A program made the position numbers and the translations under genes. Source: Eledone cirrhosa (taxonomy: Eukaryota). From it: a DNA stretch of 64,000 bases. A model generated the notes under the pieces. It ran no database searches, was not told the origin of the DNA, and saw nothing but the letters and a program-made list of their open reading frames with translations. Positions 40,231 through 54,934 of this stretch are shown one piece after another. Where the stretch lies: assembly GCA_964016885.1 (NCBI GenBank), contig OZ024743.1, forward strand, positions 347,448,001-347,512,000, given 5' to 3'. Within the stretch, counting starts at the first letter, position 1. Each line of letters begins with the position of its first letter.

Positions 40231-41455
40231 TTCCTTGAATCTCAGTCATTGATGTTGGTTAACTGGAAAGTCCGTTGGATTGAATATCAAGCCACTACCT
40301 GCAGCCTCAGATATTCAGGACGTATCGGAGGGTTCTTGCTGTTCCAAGCAAGCATGCCTTTTGAAGCGTTCCAAAAAGCGTGAAGGGGCCGATTTTCTTT
40401 AACCATCCCTGGAAACTTTTGGAGATAGTCCCCAGTGCGCCTATGACAATCGGGATCACTTTGACTTCATGGCAGTTCCAAATCCTTTTCACCTCCCACT
40501 TTAGGTCCTGGTATCGGTTAATTTTCTCCCTCTCCTTCTCTTGCACTCTCGTGTCGAAAGGGCAGGCCACATCGACAATCAGACACGATCTTTTTTCTTT
40601 GTCCACAACCACCAGGTCAGGTCTATTGTGTTCCAGTTTTTTGTCCGTCTGTATCCTAAAATCCCACAGCACCTTCACCTGATTGTTCTCCATCACCGCC
40701 TCTGGCCTATGCTCATACCATTTCTCAGAATGTGGTAAATTGTTTACTTTGCACAGGTGCCAGTGGATCACCCTGCCCATCACATCGTGTCTCCATCCCT
40801 TATAGTGGGTCTGGGCTAGGTGTTTACACTTGGACACAATGTGAGCCACAGTCTCCTCTCTCTCTCCACAGATCCTGCACAGTGGGCTAGCCTCCTCCTT
40901 GTAAATATGGTGCTTCAACCACTTCGTTTTGAGGGCCTGCTCCTGCGCAGCCATTAGCATTCCTTCTGTAGCCTTTTTGAGGTCTCCTCTTCTCAACCAT
41001 TTCCATGTCTGTGGATCTCTAAATTCAGTTTTCTCAAAGAAGGTACTATGAAGGGATTTTCCCTTAAGGCTGCTCTTCCTCCTTGATGTTATTTCCTCCT
41101 TGGACATCCCCTGGCCTACTGTCCCCTCCTTCAGTACAGTTCTGAGCATTGGCTCCTTACTATAGGTCACGTATTTGTATAGGTTGTTTTTCTCCATCTG
41201 AACCCAGTCCTCTATGCTGATAAGACCTCTTCCACCCTCAGATCTCCTTAGGTAGAGTCTATCGACATCACTCCTCTTGTGGAACATGTTGTAGATAGTC
41301 AATAGCTTCCTAGTCTTCCTATCCATTTCTTTTTGTTCAGCAACATTCCATCTCAGAATTCCCGCACTGTACCTAATAATAGACACAGCTCGGGAATTTA
41401 CTGCGCTTATGGCATTTCTGCTGTTCAGATGTGACTTCAATACGCTCCTTACTAT
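40185..41455 (-). mobile_element. R4/Dong-clade element, 5' truncated (ORF 40307-41479)
   Basis: RLYLRRSEGGRGL, AAQEQAL, CRIC..ETVAHIVSKC, RHD, RPDLVVVD, VDVACP; 3' tail (AAT)n. Confidence 0.9.
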
Positions 41456-41849
41456 TGTTAACTGTATATAAGTGCACATACATTGTTATCTGAAAAAGAC
41501 ACCCAAAAAGATTGGGGCCTTGAGCCCAAAATTTAAACTTTTATAATTATCAAACAAAATTTTTTCTTTGAAACATCATGGCTGACTCAGAGTCACTCCT
41601 TTCTCACAAACTAACACCTCACACCGACACCACCATTGTAAATATTACTACGTTTGCCAACACTAAAAAAAATATAAGCAGTAGCAATATTTTAAATTTG
41701 TCTCAGGCAGACATTCATTTCCCGCCATTACCAATGACTGCAGGTGTTAAAGCCGCCACCACCACCACCACCACCGCGACAACCCCCCACCACCACCACC
41801 GCGACAACAGAAACAAAAGAAAAAAAATAAATTAACTCGTGATATCGAA

Positions 41850-43531
41850 ATGAATTTATACAAATTGAACTCTTCCACACCGAACACCACTGACACCACC
41901 ACCACCACAACTGAAACAAAAATTAATAATAACAAAAATAACGATAACAACAACAGCAACAATGACATTAAGAAAACCATCCTGAGTTTTGCCAGAGTAG
42001 CAAAACAGTGCGAAACATTTCAGGTAACTCAGGAGGAATTACTAGAAGCCAAAAAAATGGTAAAGAAAGATGGGTACAGGGTTAGCCTCTACCCCACCTA
42101 ATAAAATGGAGCATCGGCGCCTATGCACCGTGTCTTATCGAACAATTAATATAAAATCGCGCCGAGTGGAATGGGCATCCGAGTCCCATATCCAAAAAGC
42201 TTTGGGGACATGTGTGGGCAAAAAAAACCCACATCAGACGTGGGCAGAAATATGGAACCGTGGACGTGTTCTTTGAAACACCACAGGAGGCTAGAGAACA
42301 CGCCATGGCCCCATTAAGAAGTGACGACTTCACACTCGTCCCAAGCTATTGTGTCCAGAGACTTGTGAAGATCAGGGTGATCCACGTTCCACCGGCCATC
42401 GAAATTCCCTGGCTAATGGTTGCCGTCCTCGCCGACATCGAGGCCAACAACAAGATAATTGAAATAGCGAAAGAGAAGCAGGAGAACTGGTCCGGATCTG
42501 GGATGGAGCTCCTGATCCAAGCGGACCAAAAAAGAATTGAGGAGTTCCCAGAGGTAATAGACCTCACTGACGGCTGCCACCTCACCGTAATCGTTGAGGG
42601 TAGAAGGCCTAGGTGTGTCGTTTGTGGTGAAGGAACCCACCTAAGGTTTTTCTGCCCTCAGGCTAAAAGGTTGAGGCCACATCTCCTACCCACACCAGTG
42701 ACTCAACCATCAACACCACCAGCAGCAGAGTTGGTAGCAATAACTGTAGCAGCAACAACAGAAGAAACTGTAACAGCAACAACCCCAGCAACAGTAGCAA
42801 AACCAACACCACCACCACCCAACGCTTCAGAACTAGCACCAGCGCCTACACCATCCACCGCGCCACAACCAATACTAACGCCTGTGGAGGATTTTCCACT
42901 CCCCGGCCTATCACAACTGGAGACAGATTGTGACGACGAGGAGTGGGAAACGGTATCAGGAAAAAAGAAAAAAAGAAACAAAAAAAGATAAAATTCTCTT
43001 CCTTCCCTCTCCAAAAACAAAATACAGAGGGAAACATATAAACTATCAAACAAAAAAGTTAGGACAGATATACCACCATCCACACCAGCACCACCAACCC
43101 CATCACCCCAAACACCAAGACCATCACCATCATTAACCCCAACACCACCATCACCTACACCACAAATGTCACCAAAAAGCGAAACAGAAACAAACCCACA
43201 ACAAACGCAAACAAAACAAAACAACCAAAACTATACACACTACATAGCATTAAATTTGAACAACAACCAATTATTACACTACATGCAACACAACACCAGC
43301 ATCACAGAAAAAGACTACACAACAACCCAAAAGATCACACCACCTCCACACATACAAATCACTCGCATCACACAGAAAACATACATGACACTAAAACAAA
43401 CATTTCCCAAAGACATCGGAGACTTCCAACAAGCACTCTCCAGGAGGATTTATAAGGACATCCTTCCTGAGGAGGCCACAAGCAGTGAAAAGGAGGGAGA
43501 AACCATCCTTCCTCTACAAGAAGTAAGGTGA
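41850..43531 (+). pseudogene. Tx1-type ORF1 (gag-like, CCHC knuckle), stop and frameshifts
   Basis: EGRRPRCVVCGEGTHLRFFCP, Pro/Thr-rich region, EWETVSGKKKK. Confidence 0.8.
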
Positions 43532-43565
43532 GTGGTCTTTCCCATCTTTTCCACTCCATTTCAAC

Positions 43566-46500
43566 ATGATCTCACTCAGAATAGGCAGCATAAATGCGGG
43601 TGGCTTGGGGTGGTCATGGAAGCAGGGCCACCTGCTCAACAACCTCAGGTCACTAAACATAGATGTAGTGGCCATCAGTGTGACCAGAGTCTCCGAAGCA
43701 CGGGCCTTCGCACCGATCTTCGGCGGCTACGATGTGTACGCATCACCCAGCCGTCCGGGATCGGGGGGAGGAGTTGCTGTGCTTTTTCGGAGAGGTTTGG
43801 ATCTTGCCATACGGGCCATCTTCCTGGACCCAGAAGGTAAGTTGGTGGTGCTGGACGTGACCAGCGGAGACGGGCAAGCTTTCTGGTTAGTGGCTGTCTA
43901 TGCCCCGACAGGTGCAGGGTGGCCTGATTTCTTTCGGCGTTTGGAGACCTTTCTTGGAACGTCCCGCTCTTTAGTGTTAGTTTGGCGACTGGAACGGGAT
44001 CTTAGATGCACGCTGGGACTGTGTGGGATTAGTAGATAGGGGAGGAGGGCGCAAGAGTCTAACCAACCTGCTCAGGCGTTTTGAACTGTCTGAGAGGTAC
44101 CGATTGGATTTCCCGAATGTGCCAATGTGGACTTGGACAAATCGCATAGGTTCATCCAGATCATATCTAGATAGAGTATTTTGTAGGGAAATAGAGAGGT
44201 CTAGCATAGGCTGTCCACAATTCAAGATAGTCAGCTACACGGACCACAAATTCGTGATCTGTGTGCTTGACTTAGATATGCTTCATAGACGAGGACCCGG
44301 CTACTGGAAGCTAAACGCGTCCTTACCAGCGCGCAAAGCCTACAGAGACCGGATTAGCGAACTAGTTAAGCGAGCGTTGATGGGGGGCCATCGTCAACAA
44401 CAAGTGGTGGTTTGCTCTGAAAAGAGCAATTAGAATAGAGTCCATTAGGTTTAGTAAGGCTTTAGCAATAGAGAAAAATAGAGCAGAGCGAGAATTAGTT
44501 AGAATATTAGACGAGGCGCTTAGCAAAGGCATCGCGACCGACGTACTTGCGGCAAAATTGGCCCTTGACCAATTCTACAATACAAAGCACGAAGGCTGCG
44601 TTGTCAGAGCTAGGGTGTGTGCTCTCAGACACGAGGGGACGAAAGCCGTTCAATGGGCCCGAGTGGCGGAGGCGCGTCGTGGCAACAAAGCCACGATCCG
44701 GTCTTTGGTGGACCACGTCGGGCGCATGCTACTCGGTCCCGGGCAAATGTGTGAAGCTTTTCAGCGACACTTCGAACAGCTGTTCGGGCGCAGTGGCGGG
44801 CCAGATCGAGGGATGGACTTTAGTGTAAACCTCTACGGACTGCCGCGCTTCTCGGTCACTGAGGCGGAGTGTTGCGAAAAGCGGATAACAGCCGCTGAAG
44901 TACGGGAGGCAATGACTAGCTGCACAAGGGGTAAATCGCCTGGTTTGGATGCTCTGCCCTATGAACTTTACGTACAGATGCCAGACTTGTTCGGAGGCCT
45001 TTTGGCGGACGTCTTCTGCAACTGGCAATAGAACGGGAGAATTCCCAGCTCTGTGAACCGAGGAGATGTGGCGCTGCTGAGAAAGGATCCGAACAAGGGG
45101 GATAACATAGATAATTTCAGGCCCATAACACTGCTAAACACAGAATTCAAGATTTTGGCCAAGGTGCTAGCAAAGAGGTTGGCGCTTGTCGTTGGTGGTC
45201 TGGTGGGAGAGGCGCAGACGTGTGCCATTCCCGACAAATCTATCCACGACAACCTCCACCTCATGCGATACATCGTAGAGAGGGTAGCTAGGAACCTGTC
45301 ACGGGTGGGTCATTGATCAATTTAGATCAGTCGAAAGCTTTCGATAGGGTCGACCATCGTTACCTAGCGGCAGTCCTGAGGGCGGCTGGTTTTGGGCTCG
45401 TCTTCAGAGGCTGGATCGCTGCCATGGACAGCGACATCTGCTCTGTGGTGAGAATGAACGGTCACCTTTCGGAACCGTTCAACATCATGCGCTCGGTCCG
45501 CCAAGGATGTCCCCTCTCGTCCCTCTTGTACGTATTGACTCTCGAGCCATTACTGCACAAACTGGAGACGTTGAGGGGCGTCCCGCGCGAACAAGGATGC
45601 GGAAGATCCGTGTCACCATATGCGGACGATGTCACCGTAGTGGTGTCGAACGCCAAACACATCGAGGCGATCGGCACTACACTAAGAGAATACGAAGCGG
45701 TGACAGGAGCAATGATCAACCAGGAAAAGTCAGTGGGCCTGCAGCTCGGCACCTGGAGAGGCAGGTCCATGCCGTCCAACAGCGTCGTCGGGCGCTGGAC
45801 GGACGGACCAGTTAAATTGCTAGGGGCCTGGTTCGATCCGGACCTCCATACGGACAAAAACTGGGACGAGGTGACGAGCAGGGTGGCATCTCTCACCCAG
45901 AAATGGTCCGAGAGGAAGCTATTCCTGAAAGGTCGAGCGGAGGTGGCTAACGCGTACATCGCGTCCGTCATCTACTACCGCCTGACCGTCGTACCTTGTC
46001 CTAAGCCCCCCCTGAGTGCGCTGGAGCGTTTGCACTTTCGCTTTTTGTGGAAGGGACGCGCTCCGATGGTCAGGCGGTCCATCTGCTGTCAACACCCGCT
46101 ACGTGGAGGGCTGGGCTTGCCGTGTCTGATGATGTGCAGACACGCGCTCAGGCTACGACATCTCCACCTCTTCCTCGACGGTGATCAGGGGTGGTCGCCG
46201 TTTGCTAGACGCGTCTTTCCCCAGCTCGTCTCTTTGACGGAGGTGCAGTCCTGGGTCAAGCGAAGACCGAGAGGGAGCGCTTGGAGACTGGAATGTATTC
46301 AGGCGCTCACAGCCCTCGACCACTCGGTCAATGTGATCGGTGGAAACTCTACCTTGGCATTCTATAGGGGATTAGTGGAGGGGAAGAGTGACGACGTACT
46401 TGGAGAAACTCTGGCGTCGACGAAAATCAACTAGCCAATCTCTTCGGAAGGACTTTCGGGCCGGGGCCTATGGACAACTTCCAGAAATCCCTGGCCTGGC

Positions 46501-46985
46501 AGTGCTACCGGGGTGCTTTGCCAGTTCGGGATAAACTCTACAGGCATGGAGGTGCCGTCAGCCGGGCATGTCCGAGATGCACACAGGGCGACGAAACCGT
46601 CCTGCACGCACTCGTCCAGTGTCCGAGCATTGCTGACTTGTGGGTTTATGTCGAACACCTGCTGTCACGTGTAGGACGGATCCAGCTATCAGCTGAGTCC
46701 ATCGTGAGGATTGCCCCGCCCTCTTCCTTTAGCCGGGAAGGGCAGGCAGTTTTTATCTGTCTGGTGGCCATGGCGAAAGAGATAGTATGGTGGACACGTT
46801 TGAAAGGGCTGAAGACGAGCACTTACCTCTTCGGTGATGACCTGATTAACTTTTTCAAGTTTCATTTGAAAAGGAAAATCAGGGTAGAGAGGGAAGTGCT
46901 CTCTTCCCAGCATTTTGTTGAAAGATGGGTGAGAGAGGCAAGTATGGCCCGAATGAATGGGCCTTCTCTGAGTATGTGTCTGTAA
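43566..46985 (+). pseudogene. Tx1-type ORF2 (APE endonuclease, RT, Zn finger), several frameshifts/stops
   Basis: SINAGGL, GVAVLF, VYAP, TDH, GYWKLN; KSPGLD, FRPITLLN, DQSKAFDRVDH, RQGCPLS, YADD; CPRC..ETVLHALVQC. Confidence 0.9.
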
Positions 46986-47225
46986 ATTAAAGGTGGAAAA
47001 CTGGGAGAGGGCACTTGCCCTGGTGGTCAGGGTCACTGTGGTCTTTTAATGGGCTTTCTCCACAAATGTCCTCGGAAGTTTCCCCCCTATTGGGGAATTT
47101 TTCTTTGTTATTTTATTACATCCTCTGTTTTTTACACGCAGAAATGCCCATTTGTACCGTCCTGTATTGTCCTGTACTGTCCTTAATGTCTACTTTATGT
47201 AAACCCTTGTGGTTAATAAAGAAAA

Positions 47226-47285
<60 letters not shown>

Positions 47286-47289
47286 CTAT

Positions 47290-47480
47290 GGCGGTGTATT
47301 GGTAGTATCGGTAGAGGGTCGGACGTCATGCTTTGACTTAAAGTGTTGCGGCCCATTCCATTCTGAGTTTAAATCCCGGCTAGGTTAACTTTGCCTGTTA
47401 TCCTTACGGGGAAGATGAAATAAGGTACCAGTAATGCAGTGGATAATTGCTGGCCTTGTGCCAAAAGTAGAAACAATTCT
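47290..47480 (+). mobile_element. tRNA-derived SINE next to the Tx1 tail
   Basis: SINE consensus match. Confidence 0.88.
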
Positions 47481-47839
47481 TAATGTTTTTCTACCAGTTT
47501 GCCCTTGTGGCCACTAAAGAAACCATTATTATCATTATATTTTTCTTTCAATTATATCGTGTATGTGTGAGCAAATGTGTTTACATAATATAAGAATATA
47601 TTACCAAACCGTTGTGAGGCTATTCTGAAAGCCATTTAATCTTGAAAAATATTAGCTGCCATAAGTGACACTTGAGACGAGTTTGTCGCAAAACGGGTAT
47701 CTGAATACATGCAACGACGTGAAGGTGAAATGTAAGCCTAGCCACACCTGTTCTGCAGGTTTGCTATGCCTGATGAACGACTCCTAAAAAGCTTACATTA
47801 TCTCTCAAAATTTTATTTCAGACATACCGCACACATGTA

Positions 47840-47893
<54 letters not shown>

Positions 47894-47904
47894 CACACAC
47901 ATAC

Positions 47905-47971
<67 letters not shown>

Positions 47972-47976
47972 CAAGC

Positions 47977-48399
<423 letters not shown>

Positions 48400-48504
48400 G
48401 TGTGTGTCAATGAAGTAATTCCGTCGGAAAAGTCCAGGAAAAAAGAGTGCTCTATGTAGGTTACAGAGCTTAATAGTTGTGTAATAAACAACATAAGATA
48501 ATTA

Positions 48505-48565
48505 TTTCATTTACCAGTGGTTTCTTGAAAGCAAACAAAATTTGCTTTCAGTCATCAGAATGAAA
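48505..48565 (-). ncRNA. Hammerhead ribozyme, intact
   Basis: tttcatt-CTGATGA-c tgaaagcaaa ttttg tttgctttca a-GAAA-ccactgg-TA-aatgaaa. Confidence 0.9.
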
Positions 48566-48687
48566 AAATCCTGCTGTATTTATTGACAGTAGATTTTAAA
48601 AACAAAAATATAATATATATGAATGGGAGGCTTGAAAAGGTAGAAGGAAAAGAAACACAATAAATATAAAATAGATAAACACACATG

Positions 48688-48718
<31 letters not shown>

Positions 48719-48748
48719 ACACAATTACATACATACATATATATAGAC

Positions 48749-48783
<35 letters not shown>

Positions 48784-48834
48784 CACTCACACATATACAC
48801 ATATATATACATACATATACACACATATATATAC

Positions 48835-48871
<37 letters not shown>

Positions 48872-48915
48872 CATATCCATACATACACATACACACAAAT
48901 ACACAAACACACATG

Positions 48916-48949
<34 letters not shown>

Positions 48950-49819
48950 TACATATACACACACATTTTATCATACATATATACACACGTACATACACAC
49001 ACATACATACACACATATATACACGCATACATACGCACTCACATATATAGATATATGTACGCACACCTAGATACGCACACACACAAATAACTATAAGAAA
49101 AAATAATAATAATAAAAAATAAAAAATAAAAATAAAAACAATGGTTAACCGTATTATGCAAAAGGCCATCACATCAAAATAAAAAAAATATACGACTTAA
49201 GAAAATAAAAATAAAAAATATTATAAAGTTGACAGCGATACAAGAAAGGACACAAATAAATAAACAAACACACGTGGTAAGCAATACACACATTTACACA
49301 TACACATATATACATATAAATATATACATACACACACACACAAAGATAAAAACATCCCGTACTCTATCGATTGATCTATTTTAGACCATTCGAGGGAATA
49401 ACAAAGGGGCATAATGAATTGTTCTTTGTTTACCACTGAACAATTTAGGGTTCTACAAATCTTGAAAGGCACTTCAACTTGCCTGAACTCCAAGACCGAG
49501 ATCTTCAGATGTTGTCCTCATCTGAAATCACATCTGATCTGTAACTGGATTGACATTCCTACGATGACTCAACAACATTGCACTTCTCTGCTCTCTACAC
49601 CTTACATCCACTACGAATTTTATTACTCTCTGAACTCACTTTCTGTACTCTTATATTCTTTTTCTCCCTTATCTCCCCTTATATTTAAACGTTTTAACGT
49701 TTTCCTATTTTAATAATTTTCCTTATTCCCTCCTACTTTCTACATTACCCTTTACATACCCACCTTTTTTATTTATAGATATTTATTTCTGTGTGTATGT
49801 ATGTGTTGTGTATATGTGC

Positions 49820-49939
<120 letters not shown>

Positions 49940-50282
49940 GTGTATATAATTATATATATCTGTATGCATAATTACATACAGAGTGATTTAATGTTTATTT
50001 TCATTGATTATTTGCTCTAGGAATATGTTGAGTGCTCTAAATCTGCTCTAAACATTCATACCTTTATCTATTTATTTATTTATTTATTATTTGTCGTATT
50101 CCCAACTATTTGTTTACTCCTTACACCTTTTTATTTTTATATATATAATATTTATGTATTTTCTTATATATATATATATAGCCAATTCTAACACATATAT
50201 ATCCTAGAAACGATCGTTAAATAATGAACTTTTTTTGTTTAATATAAGGAACTGTTTCATTGTCTTATTCATTATTTTTTTA

Positions 50283-50320
<38 letters not shown>

Positions 50321-50379
50321 AAAATACATAAATATTATATATATATATGTATGTGTGTGTGAGTATATAAATATGTGTA

Positions 50380-50427
<48 letters not shown>

Positions 50428-50925
50428 GTGTGTGTATGTGTGTGTGTGTATGTATATATTTATATGTATGTATGTGTATGTGTAGATGTGTGTATTGCTT
50501 ACCCCGTGTGTTTGTTTATTTATTTGTGTCCTTTCCTGTATCGCTGTCAACTTTATAATAATTTTTATTTTTATTTTCTTAAGTCGTATATTTTTTATTT
50601 TTTATTTTTAATTTGTGGTGACGGACTTTTACATCATACGGTTGTCCATTGTTTTTTATTTTTATTTTTTATTTTTTTATTATTATTATTTTTTCTTATA
50701 ATTATTTGTGTGTGTGCGTATGTAGGTGTGTGTGCATACATCTCTATATCTGTGTGGTATGTATGCGTGTATATATGTGTGTATGTATGTGTGTGTATGT
50801 ACGTGCGTATATATGTATGATTATAATGTGTGTGTATATGTATATATGTGTATGTGTATATGTATATATATATATATATATACATGTGTGTGTGTTAGTG
50901 TATCTGTGTGTATGTTTATGTATGG

Positions 50926-50969
<44 letters not shown>

Positions 50970-51020
50970 ATATATGTATATATATGTGTGTATGTGTATA
51001 TATTTGTATATGTATATATA

Positions 51021-51105
<85 letters not shown>

Positions 51106-51283
51106 ATATATGTATGCATGTAATTGTGTGTGCGCGTGCCCGCGTGTGTGTGTGTGTGTGCATGTGTGTTTATCTACTTTTATATTTATCCTGTTTCCTT
51201 TCCTTCTTCCTTTTCTAGCCTCACTTTCATATAGATTATATTTTTGTTTTTAAAATCCACTGTCAATAAATACACCAGGATTT

Positions 51284-51344
51284 TTTCATTCTGATGACTG
51301 AAAGCAAATTTTGTTTGCTTTCAAGAAACCACTGGTAAATGAAA
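51284..51344 (+). ncRNA. Hammerhead ribozyme, intact (identical to 48505-48565)
   Basis: Same sequence on plus strand; 7 bp stem I, 10 bp stem II, GUA site. Confidence 0.9.
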
Positions 51345-51807
51345 TAATTATCTTATGTTGTTTATTACATAACTACGCTCTATGCAAATTAGTCTGCCCA
51401 CTACTAATTTTCATAGAAAAAGCATATAACGATATGTGCTTTCACGATTCTCTAGAAAGGCCGGAAGATAGGTAAATATTGCTGATGAGATGTAACAACA
51501 TCGAAACTAGTTCAATATTCCTTGTCTGGCTTTCTGGAGAATAGAGGAAAGGTGTTTCCTCAAAAACCAGTATGACTCTAAAAACCGGTTTGTCTGTGTG
51601 TTTACATACAGAATAGCTGGACACTCACAGTAAAGTGACCAGTGAAAAACTCGGTACATCTACATATGTATACGTGTGTGTATTCATATGCATACTAGTA
51701 TTTCAGTATACATATGTGGATGTACATTTTTAACTTAATTGTTTAAGCGTCAGTCATACAAAAGTGAGTTACAAACGAAACGAAATTTAATTTCGTTTCG
51801 TTATTTG

Positions 51808-51844
<37 letters not shown>

Positions 51845-52350
51845 TTATTAAAATAACAGGAGGCTGGACTTGTGTAAATCCTTGAAAGGTTTATTATACT
51901 ATGATCATTTCAATGACCGGGTTCCGTATGAATCCGGTGATATAATCAGGTATTCGAAATATAATAAATGAATGTAACAGATAAAATCCATGAGGGCGAC
52001 CGGATAAAGTGGAAGATACTAGATGGTCGGTCGTCTTCGGGTCTATGATTTTCAGCCCCATGGATTGAATATGTAACATTCATTTATTATATTTCGAATA
52101 CCTGATGATATCACCGGATTCATACGGAACACGGTCATTGAAATGATCATAGTATAATAAACCTTTCAAGGATTTACACAAGTCCAGCGTCCTGTTATTT
52201 TATTATAACATTTAATTCCGTAGTCGCACCACCAACTACACAAACGAAGACGGTTGAGTTGCTTTAAGTTGAGTACTTTCCATATTATTACATCAAGATT
52301 GACCATACGGAATTGACCAGCTCTATCCACTGGTGAACCTTCAAACCTAA
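51845..52350 (+). mobile_element. HHR-bearing fold-back (hairpin ~51845-52205, tail to ~52350)
   Basis: ~140 bp arms, structured spacer, (TA)n on both sides. Confidence 0.9.
52098..52155 (+). ncRNA. Hammerhead, intact (mirror copy 51896-51953 has CTGATTA)
   Basis: atac-CTGATGA-...accg..cggt..-GAAA-tgatca-TA-gtat followed by AATAAA. Confidence 0.82.
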
Positions 52351-52474
52351 ATATATATATATATATATATATATATACCCCACTCTCAAGAGCGTGAAAT
52401 TAATAAACCTTTGTTCGTACTGCCTCTCTGTTTTGTTCCTGTTCAATTTTTAACTATATATATATATATATATA

Positions 52475-52613
<139 letters not shown>

Positions 52614-53057
52614 GGAGAGAGATAATTCAATAATTCAAAGATTTGAGTTTACTCTATCGCATAGCTATGCCCAAATGTATAGTTATGTATAGATATATAT
52701 AATTCATCCCTTCCTATAATTTATTCCTCTTTGTCTCTCTTTCCTTGATCAATTCTCTTTTGCTCTCTATACCTCTACTAGCTATATTTTCCCCTCATCT
52801 GTTTTCTCTCTGTCTTTCTTTTTTTCTTTCCTCTTTCTTCAATAATTATTTGAATATCTAACAGATATGTAAATTGATGTTATGTATTTTTAAGCTTTCT
52901 TACACGCACCCTCTGTATTATATGTATTACATGTAAGTGTTCTCATGTCTCAATCTTAAGTATATAAGGTATATAAATATTGAGTTTAGCATATCTTACT
53001 CACTACCATGACTGGATCTTAACCATCTACTATGTCAGGGTATGTCATGCATCATCT

Positions 53058-53118
53058 TATTTTATCTGATGAGGACGTACTGTTGAAGTTAGCTCAGTAC
53101 CTCGGAAATAATAAAATA
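53058..53118 (+). ncRNA. Hammerhead lacking stem III
   Basis: tattttat-CTGATGA-..gtactg..cagtac..-GAAA-TA-ataaaata. Confidence 0.55.
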
Positions 53119-53180
53119 TACTTCATCACAAGAAGTTCTATTTTTGTTAATATTTTGAATTAATATATATATATATATAT

Positions 53181-53611
53181 ATTGGTAAACGGAATAGAAA
53201 ATGCTGACAAATTGTTCACAGTTGAAAAATGGTTTAATTAGGAATAAAAGAGTATTAGTGATTGTATGGGTTAGTATTCAGTTGTGGTTTTAAGATTTTA
53301 AGTTTTTACCGGGTGCGCATTTCTAAATGCTTTTCAAAAATAATTTTGAGATAGAGTGTCCGAGCTAAATGCTTTTCAGATCAGAGCAAACAGCACGGAC
53401 ACTCAATCTCAAAATTATTTTTGAAAAGCATTTAGAAATGCGCATCCGGTAAAAACTTAGAATCTTAAAACCACAACTGAATACTAACCCATACAATCAC
53501 TAATACTCTTTTATTCCTAATTAAACCATTTTTCAACTGTGAACAATTTGTCAGCATTTTCTATTCCGTTTACCATTATATAATAACTTGTGTGTTACAC
53601 CTCTATTCTTT

Positions 53612-53615
<4 letters not shown>
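53181..53615 (+). mobile_element. Fold-back element, family D, with decayed HHR (TTGAAAA..GAAA-tgcgca-TC at 53421-53446)
   Basis: ~180 bp near-perfect arms, ~30 nt spacer, 3' tail, (TA)n flanks. Confidence 0.9.
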
Positions 53616-53674
<59 letters not shown>

Positions 53675-54196
53675 ACATGTGTGTGAATGTATGTGTGTAT
53701 CTGTGTGTGTAAGCAGGATTATATGTGTGTGTAAATGGAATCAGCCTTATTTATGTACATGTATTTAAATGAATATAGTGTCACATATATTTACATGGGT
53801 GTATTCATATATATAAATATATACTCACATGAGATATGTGTGTGTTAGTGTGTATGTATGTGGGTTTGTCTGAATTCCTGTGTATGTATGTGTGTGTGTG
53901 GCGGCATGTGTACGTGTGTATGGGTGGGTGTGTTTTTGTATTTCAGTGTTTTTTCACTGCTGCTTAAAACAATTAGTAAATAGGTTTTGTTGAAATAAAA
54001 CTCAATGTTCCGTATCGCTCCCACACAGAAAAACCTTGCACGGAGGCCTACTTGCAAACTCACATACCCCTATATAGAATTGCATATATGCATACACATA
54101 GACACACATAGACACACACATAGACACACATAGACACACACGTAGACACACACACATACACACATATATATCTATATATCTCTCTCTATATATATG

Positions 54197-54287
<91 letters not shown>

Positions 54288-54313
54288 ATATACATATATA
54301 CATATATATATAC

Positions 54314-54379
<66 letters not shown>

Positions 54380-54380
<1 letters not shown>

Positions 54381-54816
54381 AAATTATGGGTGTCATGCCA
54401 GAAAGACATGCGCCATATCACCCGCAAAATAAGCTCTAAGATCTAACGAATAGGTCCGAGCATTTAATAGTAACTAGAAATTGATTAACATATAAATAAA
54501 CATGAATAATCACAGGAGATAATTTTTACAAGTGTGTAAGCACACATAGCTAGGTAGGTAACTAAATAAAGTTAACCAGAACTTCAAAAATAGATACCTT
54601 ATAATATGATTAATCTTCCCTGTATATATTCCATTAAAGAAATATATTTTTTTAATGGAATATATACAGGGAAGATTAATCATATTATAAGGTATCTATT
54701 TTTGAAGTTCTGGTCAACTTTATTTAGTTACCTACCTAGCTATGTGTGCTTACACACTTGTAAAAATTATCTCCTGTGATTATTCATGTTTATTTATATG
54801 TTAACCAATTTCTAGT

Positions 54817-54821
<5 letters not shown>
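54380..54821 (-). mobile_element. Fold-back element (hairpin 54468-54821, tail 54380-54467), no HHR recognised
   Basis: ~175 bp arms centred on atatat at 54642-54647; (TA)n flanks. Confidence 0.88.
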
Positions 54822-54885
<64 letters not shown>

Positions 54886-54934
54886 ATTCTACAGGACTAA
54901 ATGTGTTTCATTCTTTAGAAATCATCAGGAATCT
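54886..54934 (-). ncRNA. Hammerhead, core intact
   Basis: attc-CTGATGA-t ttc taaa gaa t-GAAA-ca...tg-TA-gaat. Confidence 0.75.

Larger units (their letters stand above)
41461..47281 (+). mobile_element. Near full-length Tx1/L1-clade LINE, disrupted
   Basis: ORF1 plus APE-RT-Zn finger ORF2 and (TTA)n tail. Confidence 0.9.

Noticed and set aside
45462-45971. Antisense ORFs over Tx1, R4 and PLE coding regions
   Set aside because: Shadow frames of the retroelement ORFs
47770-47830. CTGATGA followed by AAAA-GC-TT
   Set aside because: No GAAA core or stem pairing; not called as an HHR
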